Assembly: GCA_964413645.1 (NCBI GenBank)
Contig: CAYPSA010000002.1
Location: 22,508-86,507 of the forward strand
DNA length: 64,000 nt
Source of the DNA: an uncultured Gammaproteobacteria bacterium
GTDB taxonomy: Bacteria; Patescibacteriota; Microgenomatia; UBA1406; HO2-37-13b
Direction of reading: 5' to 3'
The notes beneath the pieces were generated by a model that was not told the DNA's origin, made no database searches, and worked only from the letters and a program-made list of their open reading frames with translations. Of this stretch, positions 26,161 to 34,974 are shown piece after piece. How positions within the stretch are numbered: the stretch's first letter is position 1; each line of letters opens with the position of its first letter. The position numbers and the translations under genes are program-made.

Positions 26161-26604
26161 TTATTCCCACGACGTAAACCGAGTATTAAGTGGTATTGAA
26201 TTAACAACGTTTCCTTCATTCCATTCAACTAAAATATTGACGTTTACCTGGGTACTTGTACCATTGGTAAATGAAACATAGCGTTTAAATACCACATCCG
26301 AGCCTTGTCCAAGCGTAAACGAACTTCCACAATTCCCATTTGCACCCCATGCCGCAATAGGCGATGTATTAAAGCACTGTGTTCCTGATTTGGGAAAGTT
26401 GGAAAAGTTAGCTTCTTTTTGACCTTTAAGCCAATCTTTCAATTCGCTTGCGTAGTACGTCGCCAGAATTCTTCGTTGAGAAGCTTTCGTATTGCGAAGT
26501 GACGAAACCATAGCGCTTGTTATACCCAAAAATACCATCGAAAATAAAACGATAAATAGCAAAACTTCAATAAGAGAAAATCCAGCTTTTTTCTTTGTAC
26601 TCAT
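26161..26604 (-). CDS. prepilin-type protein (minor pilin)
   Basis: Trimmed to MSTKKKAGFSLIEVLLFIVLF. Confidence 0.7.
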   Translation of the reverse strand: MSTKKKAGFSLIEVLLFIVLFSMVFLGITSAMVSSLRNTKASQRRILATYYASELKDWLKGQKEANFSNFPKSGTQCFNTSPIAAWGANGNCGSSFTLGQGSDVVFKRYVSFTNGTSTQVNVNILVEWNEGNVVNSIPLNTRFTSWE

Positions 26605-26605
26605 G

Positions 26606-27136
26606 TTAATTTGCCTCAACAATACCAGCTCCATTAATCGTAATAGTTTTAAGCTTGTTATTTCTTGTATTAGTAACCGTTATCGATGAAATCCCTGAAA
26701 CAGCTACTCCGGCGCCTGAAAACGTAACAGAGCCAGTTGTAGGAGCTAGAGCTACAGACGAAGAAAGCGCATAAGACGCAATAAGTACATCTAAACAACC
26801 TGGACTTAACGTGCACGACGGAGAAGTATTAGAACACATTACGGCCTGTAAAGAATATGCAGTAGCACTAGTTATGGAAATCTTGTATCCATCCAAATCA
26901 CATGCGGAATAATCTACGCCTGCTTGAATAATCCCCGATTTGTCGCCAGCTCTCGATTTTTTCTTTGCTAATTCTATTGCCGAAATGAGCTGATTTGTAT
27001 CTGCATCAACTTTTTTATTCTCGTTAAACGCCGTATATCCTCCTACGGATAAAGTAGAAAAGAGTGCCATAATAGCAATAACGATAAGTAATTCAAGAAA
27101 AGTGAACCCGTATTTCGTACGTTTATTTTTGTCCAT
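26606..27136 (-). CDS. prepilin-type protein (minor pilin)
   Basis: Trimmed to MDKNKRTKYGFTFLELLIVIAIMALF. An alternative ATG lies at 27145. Confidence 0.7.
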   Translation of the reverse strand: MDKNKRTKYGFTFLELLIVIAIMALFSTLSVGGYTAFNENKKVDADTNQLISAIELAKKKSRAGDKSGIIQAGVDYSACDLDGYKISITSATAYSLQAVMCSNTSPSCTLSPGCLDVLIASYALSSSVALAPTTGSVTFSGAGVAVSGISSITVTNTRNNKLKTITINGAGIVEAN

Positions 27137-27578
27137 ACGAGCCATAGCATACGTTGCAACTGAATCCCGTACCACATGTGTCGATGCCAGGAGTTGGGGC
27201 AACGGTACATGAAGACGTTCCTTCCAGTCGCGAAGCAAGCGTGTAGTCAGCACCATTTAATGTGTAATAATATTTACGACTCGATAGGGGATCTTGGGGA
27301 ATAGTTTGCAGATACACGTTTCCAGCGCTATCACTTAAAGCACCGGTTCCAAAAGCTAAGCCGTTAGAAGCAACAACTGGTGTTGGATAAGCGTTATTAT
27401 TTTCTCGATAACTTTCAAGTGCTCCTCGAATAAGTTGAATGTCGGCTTTACGTCGACCATCGCGAGCTCCTTGTTGTACATTCGTGTACGACGCAATACC
27501 AATAGTCGAAAGAATCGTTATAAGACTAATTACAATGAGTAATTCAACAAATGTAAATCCATTTCGATTCGCAAGCAT
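27123..27578 (-). CDS. prepilin-type protein, GspG/PulG-like
   Basis: MLANRNGFTFVELLIVISLITIL...ARDGRRKADIQLIRGALESY. TACAAT at 27585-27590, 6 nt upstream of the ATG. Confidence 0.75.
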   Translation of the reverse strand: MLANRNGFTFVELLIVISLITILSTIGIASYTNVQQGARDGRRKADIQLIRGALESYRENNNAYPTPVVASNGLAFGTGALSDSAGNVYLQTIPQDPLSSRKYYYTLNGADYTLASRLEGTSSCTVAPTPGIDTCGTGFSCNVCYGSYGQK

Positions 27579-27608
27579 ACTTTGATTGTACAGTTCCTCA
27601 TATAAAAA

Positions 27609-28259
27609 TCAAGAACCTGTATTGAATCGGTGAATCTTAAGCAATAAATGATCTACCGCAAGTTGAGGACTGATATTATTTTTCATAACCAACATTCTTG
27701 TAGAGATAGCTTCCGAAATAACATCAGTAATTTTATGTGTCGGTTTATTTGCTAATGCACTTTCATGGAGCTTTTGCTGCATGTAGCGCAATAGTTCATC
27801 ACAAAAAGCTACTGCCTTTTCGGGTTTTTTTTGCATCCCGTCATACTCAATAAGCAGAATGCCTAAGTTCTTGTCTAATATAAGAGAGTTTACTTTTTTT
27901 ATTTTTTTTTCAAGAAATACCGTTTGAACACGTGAGAGTATCGTTGGCAGTACAGCAGATTCATCTGTCGTAACCAAAATAAATTGAGTATGTGACAGAC
28001 TCTCCTCGAGTGTTTTAAGGAGCGTATTTTGACTGTCCGATTTTGCTGTTTCAAAATCGAACACGCAAACAAGAAGAGGAGTATCGCCAAGTCGCGTAAC
28101 TTGCTGATTTAGTTCTCGAATAAGATCAATTTTCAATTGCATCTTGTCTTTTCGGGCAATTAAAACGTGTGTATCCTGAATTTGAAGCTTTTTTTGCACT
28201 TCATTAATGTATTTCTGCGCTTTCTTTTCATCATCGGTGACTAATAAAAGGGGAATCAT
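27609..28259 (-). CDS. holB: DNA polymerase III delta-prime-like subunit (short, no P-loop seen)
   Basis: 216 aa. NTLLKTLEE and TILSRVQ clamp-loader motifs. Confidence 0.6.
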   Translation of the reverse strand: MIPLLLVTDDEKKAQKYINEVQKKLQIQDTHVLIARKDKMQLKIDLIRELNQQVTRLGDTPLLVCVFDFETAKSDSQNTLLKTLEESLSHTQFILVTTDESAVLPTILSRVQTVFLEKKIKKVNSLILDKNLGILLIEYDGMQKKPEKAVAFCDELLRYMQQKLHESALANKPTHKITDVISEAISTRMLVMKNNISPQLAVDHLLLKIHRFNTGS

Positions 28260-28292
28260 TGTGATTGCATTTTAGCAGAGAATTCGGGTATA

Positions 28293-30020
28293 GTGAAAGT
28301 ATCTATGGTTATTCCGGTAAAACAATTTCTTGATCTTTTAAAAAGCCAAAAATTGGTTTCTGAGGCTGATGCAGCGCGCTACGAAGTCGATACAATTCGA
28401 CGCAACATGGAGATCGACACGTACTTAGCTGAATTTACCAAGATATCAAAAATTGATATTCTCAAGACAAAAGCACAGCTTCTAAGCATAGCGTGGGTCG
28501 ATGTGGGTAATATTCCAATCGTCCCACAGCTTCTGACACTTGTATCAGAACCAGTCGCCCGAAAGTACGTACTAATACCTGTTTCCTTGGAAGAAAATGG
28601 AAGCCGATTGAAGGTTGCCATGGAAAATCCATTTGATTTTCAGGTTATTGAATTTTTAGAGAAAAAAACAGGAAAAAAAATCGTTCCCACACTTGCTCTG
28701 GGCGAAGATATTGGGAAAATGATTGACACCTTTTATACACAAGGGCTTTCACCCGACGTTGTTGAAGCAGTTAAGGAAGCCCAACCCCAAACGAAAACAA
28801 TTAAAGCAGAGGACTTAGTAAGCGTTCATGACGAAGCTCCAGTTGCTAGAATTGTAAGTACCATTTTGGAATATGCCATGAAAGGACGGGCTTCAGACGT
28901 CCATATCGAACCGCAAGAAACTCGCACTCGTATTCGATATCGTATTGATGGAATTCTACAAGAGAAAATAACCCTTCCAAAAGGAATTCATGATTCCCTA
29001 GTTTCACGTATTAAGATCCTTTCGGATCTTAAAATTGATGAAAAACGAGTCCCTCAGGACGGTCGTTTTAATTTTAAACTTGGAGAAAATGAGGTTGATT
29101 TGCGTGTTTCTACACTCCCAACAGTATTTGGAGAAAAAATTGTTATGCGACTTTTGAAAAAAACAGGAGGCGTACCATCACTTAACGAGCTTGGGCTTCG
29201 TGGACCGCAACTTAAGATATTAGAAGAAGCAATTTTGAAACCATATGGAATTATTTTGGTTACCGGGCCTACTGGTTCGGGAAAGTCGACCACGCTATAC
29301 TCTATATTATCTCGATTGAATCAGCCGGGCGTTAATATCTCAACGCTTGAAGATCCGGTGGAATACCAAATGGCTGGCATTAATCAAGTACAGGTAAATA
29401 TATCAGCAGGACTTACATTCGCCACAGGACTGCGCGCCTTCCTACGACAAGATCCTAATATTATTCTTGTTGGAGAAATTCGCGATGTAGAAACTACCCA
29501 GCTCGCATTACAAGCTGCGCTTACCGGACACTTGGTTTTTTCAACGTTACACACTAACGATGCCGCAACCGCGATTCCTCGACTAATCGATCTTGGAGGA
29601 GAGCCTTTTTTGATTGCGTCAGTTCTCAATGGAGTGCTTGCGCAACGTATTGTTCGAAAAATATGCACGCATTGTGCGCAGAAATATACCGCTCCACCCG
29701 AAATAGCCCAAGACATTCGAAATGTATTGGGATTATTGCTGCCACAACAATATAAAGAACCCACTGCGCCTATTACGCTTGTGAAAGGCGCCGGATGTGG
29801 AGAATGCAATAACTCAGGATATCTAGGACGAATGGGAATTTACGAAGTGATTAAAGTGACACCAGCGATTAATCAGATGATTATTAAACACACTACCGCT
29901 CGAGAAATCGAAGAACTCGCCAAAAAAGAAGGAATGATTAAAATGAAAGAAGACGGATATCTAAAGGCACTTGAAGGAACCACGACAGTGGAAGAAGTAT
30001 TGCGCGTAGCAGAAACTTAG
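28293..30020 (+). CDS. pilB: type IV pilus assembly ATPase PilB (GspE family)
   Basis: Walker A GPTGSGKST, Asp box, Walker B ILVGEIRD, tetracysteine CTHC...CGEC. The track start is GTG 28293; an ATG at 28305 is the alternative. Confidence 0.9.
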   Translation: MKVSMVIPVKQFLDLLKSQKLVSEADAARYEVDTIRRNMEIDTYLAEFTKISKIDILKTKAQLLSIAWVDVGNIPIVPQLLTLVSEPVARKYVLIPVSLEENGSRLKVAMENPFDFQVIEFLEKKTGKKIVPTLALGEDIGKMIDTFYTQGLSPDVVEAVKEAQPQTKTIKAEDLVSVHDEAPVARIVSTILEYAMKGRASDVHIEPQETRTRIRYRIDGILQEKITLPKGIHDSLVSRIKILSDLKIDEKRVPQDGRFNFKLGENEVDLRVSTLPTVFGEKIVMRLLKKTGGVPSLNELGLRGPQLKILEEAILKPYGIILVTGPTGSGKSTTLYSILSRLNQPGVNISTLEDPVEYQMAGINQVQVNISAGLTFATGLRAFLRQDPNIILVGEIRDVETTQLALQAALTGHLVFSTLHTNDAATAIPRLIDLGGEPFLIASVLNGVLAQRIVRKICTHCAQKYTAPPEIAQDIRNVLGLLLPQQYKEPTAPITLVKGAGCGECNNSGYLGRMGIYEVIKVTPAINQMIIKHTTAREIEELAKKEGMIKMKEDGYLKALEGTTTVEEVLRVAET

Positions 30021-30041
30021 AATTTTTGTTAGATTTAATAT

Positions 30042-31091
30042 ATGGATCTTGCCCAACTATTACAGTTAACGATAGAAAAAAGTGCATCCGACTTACACAT
30101 CGTCCCGCATTATTATCCTGCTATTCGCATGAATGGGGAACTTCGACAACTAAAGACATATCAAATTATTGAACCTGCAACAGCGGCGGCTGTTCTTGCA
30201 TCAATCCTCACATCAGAACAAAAAGAAAATTTTGCCGTCAACCGAGAACTTGATTTTGGATATAACTACAATGGAATGAGATTTCGCGTGAATATGTATT
30301 TCACTAAAGGGGGCGTTGCCGCTTCGTTTCGCCTTATTGCAAATATTATTCGAAGCCCTGAAGAACTAGGCTTACCACGTATTCTAAGCTCCTTTACAAA
30401 GCTCCGGCAAGGATTTGTACTCCTCACGGGCCCAACAGGTGAAGGAAAGTCCACCACGCTTGCATCACTTATTAATGAAATTAATCTTAATTCAGATAGA
30501 CATATTCTTACTATTGAAGATCCTATTGAATATATTTATCCGGCAGCTAAAGCAATTGTTTCTCAACGTGAAATTGGACAAGACACTCATAACTGGGGTA
30601 TCGCACTAAAATCAGCTCTTCGCGAAGATCCCGATGTTGTTTTAATCGGGGAAATGCGTGACTACGAAACAATACAAGCAGCTTTAACCATTGCAGAAAC
30701 AGGACATTTAGTTTTTTCAACCGTTCATACCAATTCAGCTTCCCAAACTATTGATCGTATTATCGACGTGTTTCCTAACCATCAGCAGGCTCAAATTCGC
30801 ATTCAACTCGCTTCCGTGTTAGCTGGCATTGTTACGCAACGTCTTGTTCCATCAAATGCTGAAGGTCGAGTTCCCGCGTGCGAAGTACTATTAAATAATT
30901 CAGCAACAGCCGCAACAATTCGAGAAGGAAAAACACACATGATTGACAATATTATTCAAACATCCTCTTCTGAAGGAATGATTTTCTTTGAAAATAATCT
31001 AGCAAACTTATTTACCAGCGGAAAAATTAGCAAGGAAACGGCGCTTGGATACGCCATTCGCCCAGGGGAAATACAAAAATTAATTTCATAA
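30042..31091 (+). CDS. pilT: type IV pilus retraction ATPase PilT
   Basis: 349 aa. ASDLHI, GPTGEGKST, ALREDPDVVLIGEMRD, GHLVFSTVHTN. Confidence 0.9.
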   Translation: MDLAQLLQLTIEKSASDLHIVPHYYPAIRMNGELRQLKTYQIIEPATAAAVLASILTSEQKENFAVNRELDFGYNYNGMRFRVNMYFTKGGVAASFRLIANIIRSPEELGLPRILSSFTKLRQGFVLLTGPTGEGKSTTLASLINEINLNSDRHILTIEDPIEYIYPAAKAIVSQREIGQDTHNWGIALKSALREDPDVVLIGEMRDYETIQAALTIAETGHLVFSTVHTNSASQTIDRIIDVFPNHQQAQIRIQLASVLAGIVTQRLVPSNAEGRVPACEVLLNNSATAATIREGKTHMIDNIIQTSSSEGMIFFENNLANLFTSGKISKETALGYAIRPGEIQKLIS

Positions 31092-31103
31092 TTCGCTGTA
31101 ATC

Positions 31104-32303
31104 ATGCTATTTTCATACAAAGGCCTACAAAATGACGTACCTGTAAAGGGGACTATTGAAACAGATAGTGAAGCAAAAGTAATTGAGTATCTTAAATCAA
31201 AGGGCATTACAATTCTCTCGATCAAGCATAAAAAAGCCGGGATTTCACTTACCGACGATTCATTATTTGCACGAGTTACATTTAATGACGTAGTTAATCT
31301 TACTCGACAACTATCTATTATGCTTTCGGCCGGGCTTTCGGTTGTAGACAGTTTGGATATTTTAAAGAAACAAGTAGGAAATAAAGCAGTAGTAAAACTT
31401 ATCACAGAAATCGATGACGATGTCCGGTCGGGCATGAGCTTCTCAAGTGCACTCAAACGACATGGAAATTCATTTGGAACTCTCTACATTGCTCTCGTAA
31501 AAGCAGGAGAAGCTTCGGGTAAGCTAGATGAAATACTCCTTAAGCTTGCAGATGGGCTTGAAAAACGACGCAAGTTTCAAGGAAAAGTAAAGGGCGCGTT
31601 AATTTACCCCGCTTTAATTGTGGTCGCTATGATTGCGGTGATATTTATTATGATTACCTTTGTTGTTCCGCAACTTATGGAACTATACAAGAATTTTAAT
31701 GCAGAACTTCCACTTCCCACAATTATTCTTATTAAAATATCTGGGTTTTTTCAATCATATTGGTGGCTCATGATTATTGCGACTGCATGCATTCTTATGG
31801 CTCTTAAGAGTTATTTTCAGACTAAAAAAGGACGTGAAAATTTCCATGCGCTTACACTTCGTATTCCTGTAGTAAAAAATGTCATTCAAATATCTGCTTT
31901 GGTAAATAGTACGCAAACTCTGGCAATTCTTATCCAGTCGGGAGTTTCCATATTAGATTCGCTTGATATTGTAGTGGAATCGACAAATAATGTTGTTTAT
32001 CAAGAATCTTTTAAGCGCATTCGTCAAAAAGTTGAAAAAGGGGAGACTCTTGGCAAATCATTGGAAAGCGAAGGAATTTACCCTCCAATTTTAGTACAAA
32101 TGACAGCTGTTGGTGAACAAACCGGTCATTTAGACGATACCCTAAGGCATTTATCCGACTATTTTGAAAGTGAATCCGAAATGGCTACGAAAACGCTCAC
32201 CACACTTATTGAACCAACAATTCTTGTCGTTTTAGGCGTTGCAGTAGGATTTATTGTTATTGCAATTGTTACGCCAATATTTAGTCTTTCAAACTCAATC
32301 TAA
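31104..32303 (+). CDS. pilC: type IV pilus platform protein PilC (two T2SSF domains)
   Basis: 399 aa. Polytopic, with repeated GspF-type regions. Follows pilB-pilT. Confidence 0.9.
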   Translation: MLFSYKGLQNDVPVKGTIETDSEAKVIEYLKSKGITILSIKHKKAGISLTDDSLFARVTFNDVVNLTRQLSIMLSAGLSVVDSLDILKKQVGNKAVVKLITEIDDDVRSGMSFSSALKRHGNSFGTLYIALVKAGEASGKLDEILLKLADGLEKRRKFQGKVKGALIYPALIVVAMIAVIFIMITFVVPQLMELYKNFNAELPLPTIILIKISGFFQSYWWLMIIATACILMALKSYFQTKKGRENFHALTLRIPVVKNVIQISALVNSTQTLAILIQSGVSILDSLDIVVESTNNVVYQESFKRIRQKVEKGETLGKSLESEGIYPPILVQMTAVGEQTGHLDDTLRHLSDYFESESEMATKTLTTLIEPTILVVLGVAVGFIVIAIVTPIFSLSNSI

Positions 32304-32320
32304 AGCAGCGTTTTTACCTA

Positions 32321-32350
32321 TTGACAAACATATCGCGATTGATCTACTAT
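32321..32350 (+). promoter_or_regulatory. candidate pilin promoter TTGACA-N18-TACTAT
   Basis: Hexamers read directly. Bracketed by a 16-17-nt direct repeat (see findings). Confidence 0.45.
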
Positions 32351-32389
32351 AAATTTAAAGCAGTTTTTACAATTTTTGCTTAATATAGT

Positions 32390-32935
32390 ATGAAATTACT
32401 CAAAAAGCACACACAAGGTTTCACCCTTATTGAAATCTTGATTGTTGTTTCACTTTTGGCCATTTTAGCAGTTGCGGCCTTGATTGCAATTAATCCAGGC
32501 GAAGCCACCGCAAAAGCACGAGACGCACAACGTCTTAAGCAGGTAGCTGACTTGCAAAAAATCATGGAGCAATGGATGCAAGAATCCACTTCAACAACCG
32601 CATTTACCGCAGTTTCAACTGCAAATGCAGGTTCACAGTTATGTACTGGAACAGGATGGTTATCAGGAGGCAACATAAACGTATGCGCATATGCTAATAA
32701 CGTCGTTGTCGATCCAGTAAACCGAGCGACACAGACATATCAGAACTCAACGGCTGCCACAACCGGTACTGTTGCATATGAAGTTGTTTACGATGGTGCA
32801 CAACACTATCGAATCTGCACACGTTTGCAATCTCAAGCTAATCGAGCCGCATTGGGTGCCGATGGGGGCATTCATGCAGATGCATATGAGATATCGAATG
32901 TTACAGCCGGCACTGGCTGCAACTTCATTAACTAA
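32390..32935 (+). CDS. type IV pilin (candidate major pilin)
   Basis: MKLLKKHTQGFTLIEILIVVSLLAILAVAAL class III signal. Ser/Thr/Ala-rich body. Strong terminator directly downstream. Confidence 0.8.
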   Translation: MKLLKKHTQGFTLIEILIVVSLLAILAVAALIAINPGEATAKARDAQRLKQVADLQKIMEQWMQESTSTTAFTAVSTANAGSQLCTGTGWLSGGNINVCAYANNVVVDPVNRATQTYQNSTAATTGTVAYEVVYDGAQHYRICTRLQSQANRAALGADGGIHADAYEISNVTAGTGCNFIN

Positions 32936-32953
32936 TGAAACTTTAGTAAAGCC

Positions 32954-32984
32954 AAAAAATCCCCCGGAAGCGGGGGATTTTTTG
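32954..32984 (+). terminator. rho-independent terminator after the pilin gene
   Basis: AAAAAATCCCCCG-GAAG-CGGGGGATTTTTT: perfect GC-rich stem plus a T-run. The A-run upstream makes it formally bidirectional. Confidence 0.85.
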
Positions 32985-33009
32985 TGGTCGGTGTGATACA
33001 CTAATCAAC

Positions 33010-34974
33010 ATGAGTTTTTTAGTCTTTATAGTTTCTCTACTATTTTTTCTTTTCTTTCAAACTACAAGTATTTATGGGGGTGACGCTGGCGATTTAGTCA
33101 CATCGGCATACTTACATGGCGTTGCGCATCCACCAGGCTTTCCACTGTATACTTTCCTTGGCTTTTTAGCAAGTAAACTGCCAATCTCCACTGTTGCTTT
33201 TAGAGTAGGGCTACTTTCGTCATTCTCAGGCGCAGGAACAATTGCAATTTTATTTCTTCTACTACGCGATATAACAAGAAATAGAATTGCAAGTCTACTT
33301 GCTGTTTGCTCACTCGGAACGACGTATTTATTCTGGCTCTATACGAGCGTTCCTGAGGTATTTATGTTCCATAACTTTTTTGTAGTTAGTCTGATATATT
33401 TACTATACAAATGGAGTGTTACTAAACAAGAGAAATACCTTTCTTTTTTTACTCTTACTCTTGGCCTTTCTCTTTCACATCATTTGCTAGTACTCTTCTT
33501 ATTTCCAGGCTTCGTATACTTTGTTTTTTCAAATAAAAAATTACTACCAAAACTATCACTCAAGTACTTTGTAAAAAAATTAGGGATCTTTATGACGGGA
33601 CTCTCTCCACATTTATATGTATTTGCTGCAGCTTCAACAATCCCCGCAATTAGCTGGGACAACGTAACAAACATATCAAACTTTTTTAGTCTTATATTAA
33701 GAAAATCCTACGGAACATTTCAATCAGGCCCATCATTTGCTCAAAGCTTCGTATCAAGACTCATTCAGTTTCCATACATGGGCGAATTCATGATCAATGA
33801 TTTTACAATTATGGGAGTACTTCTGGCGATTATCGGATGTATAGCACAATTCAGAAAACGACGAAAATTGTGGAATTTTTTCTTTATTCTATTTATTTTT
33901 ACCGGCCCATTCTATTTTTTCTACGCCTCATACTATATTATCGATAGCTTTTCATTGGCCACATTTGAACGATTCCTTTTACCATCGTACATGATCATTG
34001 CCATATGGCTTGGAGAGGGCATAGTGGCGTCTCACGGAGTAATCAGTCGCTATACAAAAAAGTCACTAGCTCCCATCTTTTACCTCCTATTTCTCATTCT
34101 TCCGGTATCGCTATTCTTTATAAATTATCCAAAAATTAGCATTTTAAAATACGATCGAACTGCAGAAAATCATGCCATCGATATTCTCGCTACCGTTCCT
34201 AAGAATTCAATTATGATTTTGCAGTACGATACGACTCTATTTAACACGCAATATGTGTACTACACACAAAAGTTACGTCCCGATATTAAATTAATACATT
34301 TCACAAAATTATTTCTGGGTCAATTAACAGATCAACTTGAAAAATATTATCCCGAATTGCATGTGCCAAAAAGTTCTGAAGCAAAGTTCATGGACGAATT
34401 TATTCTCGTGAACTCAAAAAAGTTCCCCGTATATGTTAATACCGACCTTCCTTTGTCAGTTAAAGACAGTTATTGGGTGCGTCAGGGTTTGTTATTCCGA
34501 TTTTATACTAAAGATACGCTTCCTACGGCATCGCAAATTTTTGCTGAAAATGAACGCTTATGGAAAATTTATTCCGATCCACTTTCAGGTAGCTTAGGAA
34601 AATATCAGAATCTCATGCTTTCAAATGTAATCTCATTCTATAAAGATGCGCGCTTAGAACTTGGACGACTTTATGAAGCCGGCGAACTGTATGATGACGC
34701 ACTAATCCACTATAAGCAAGCACGTCGACTTGACCCCCGTTTACCTGAAGCTCCATATCGAATGGGTATTGTATACGCAAAACAAGGAGCATGTACACAA
34801 AGTCGGAAATATTTAAACACTGCAATTGCCATAGATCCTAAAAAGGCAGATTACTATTACAGCATGAGTCAGCTATTTAAAAACTGTTTTAAAGATCCTT
34901 CAAAAGCCGCTGTTTACGAACGAATGTATCAAGAAATGAAGAACGCTTCGCAAGTACCAGTAGAACAATTGTAA
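33010..34974 (+). CDS. DUF2723/PMT-like polytopic glycosyltransferase with C-terminal TPR repeats
   Basis: 654 aa. GGDAGDLVTSAYLHGVAHPPGFPLYTFLG N-terminal signature, many TM helices, TPR-like C-terminus. Confidence 0.7.
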   Translation: MSFLVFIVSLLFFLFFQTTSIYGGDAGDLVTSAYLHGVAHPPGFPLYTFLGFLASKLPISTVAFRVGLLSSFSGAGTIAILFLLLRDITRNRIASLLAVCSLGTTYLFWLYTSVPEVFMFHNFFVVSLIYLLYKWSVTKQEKYLSFFTLTLGLSLSHHLLVLFLFPGFVYFVFSNKKLLPKLSLKYFVKKLGIFMTGLSPHLYVFAAASTIPAISWDNVTNISNFFSLILRKSYGTFQSGPSFAQSFVSRLIQFPYMGEFMINDFTIMGVLLAIIGCIAQFRKRRKLWNFFFILFIFTGPFYFFYASYYIIDSFSLATFERFLLPSYMIIAIWLGEGIVASHGVISRYTKKSLAPIFYLLFLILPVSLFFINYPKISILKYDRTAENHAIDILATVPKNSIMILQYDTTLFNTQYVYYTQKLRPDIKLIHFTKLFLGQLTDQLEKYYPELHVPKSSEAKFMDEFILVNSKKFPVYVNTDLPLSVKDSYWVRQGLLFRFYTKDTLPTASQIFAENERLWKIYSDPLSGSLGKYQNLMLSNVISFYKDARLELGRLYEAGELYDDALIHYKQARRLDPRLPEAPYRMGIVYAKQGACTQSRKYLNTAIAIDPKKADYYYSMSQLFKNCFKDPSKAAVYERMYQEMKNASQVPVEQL

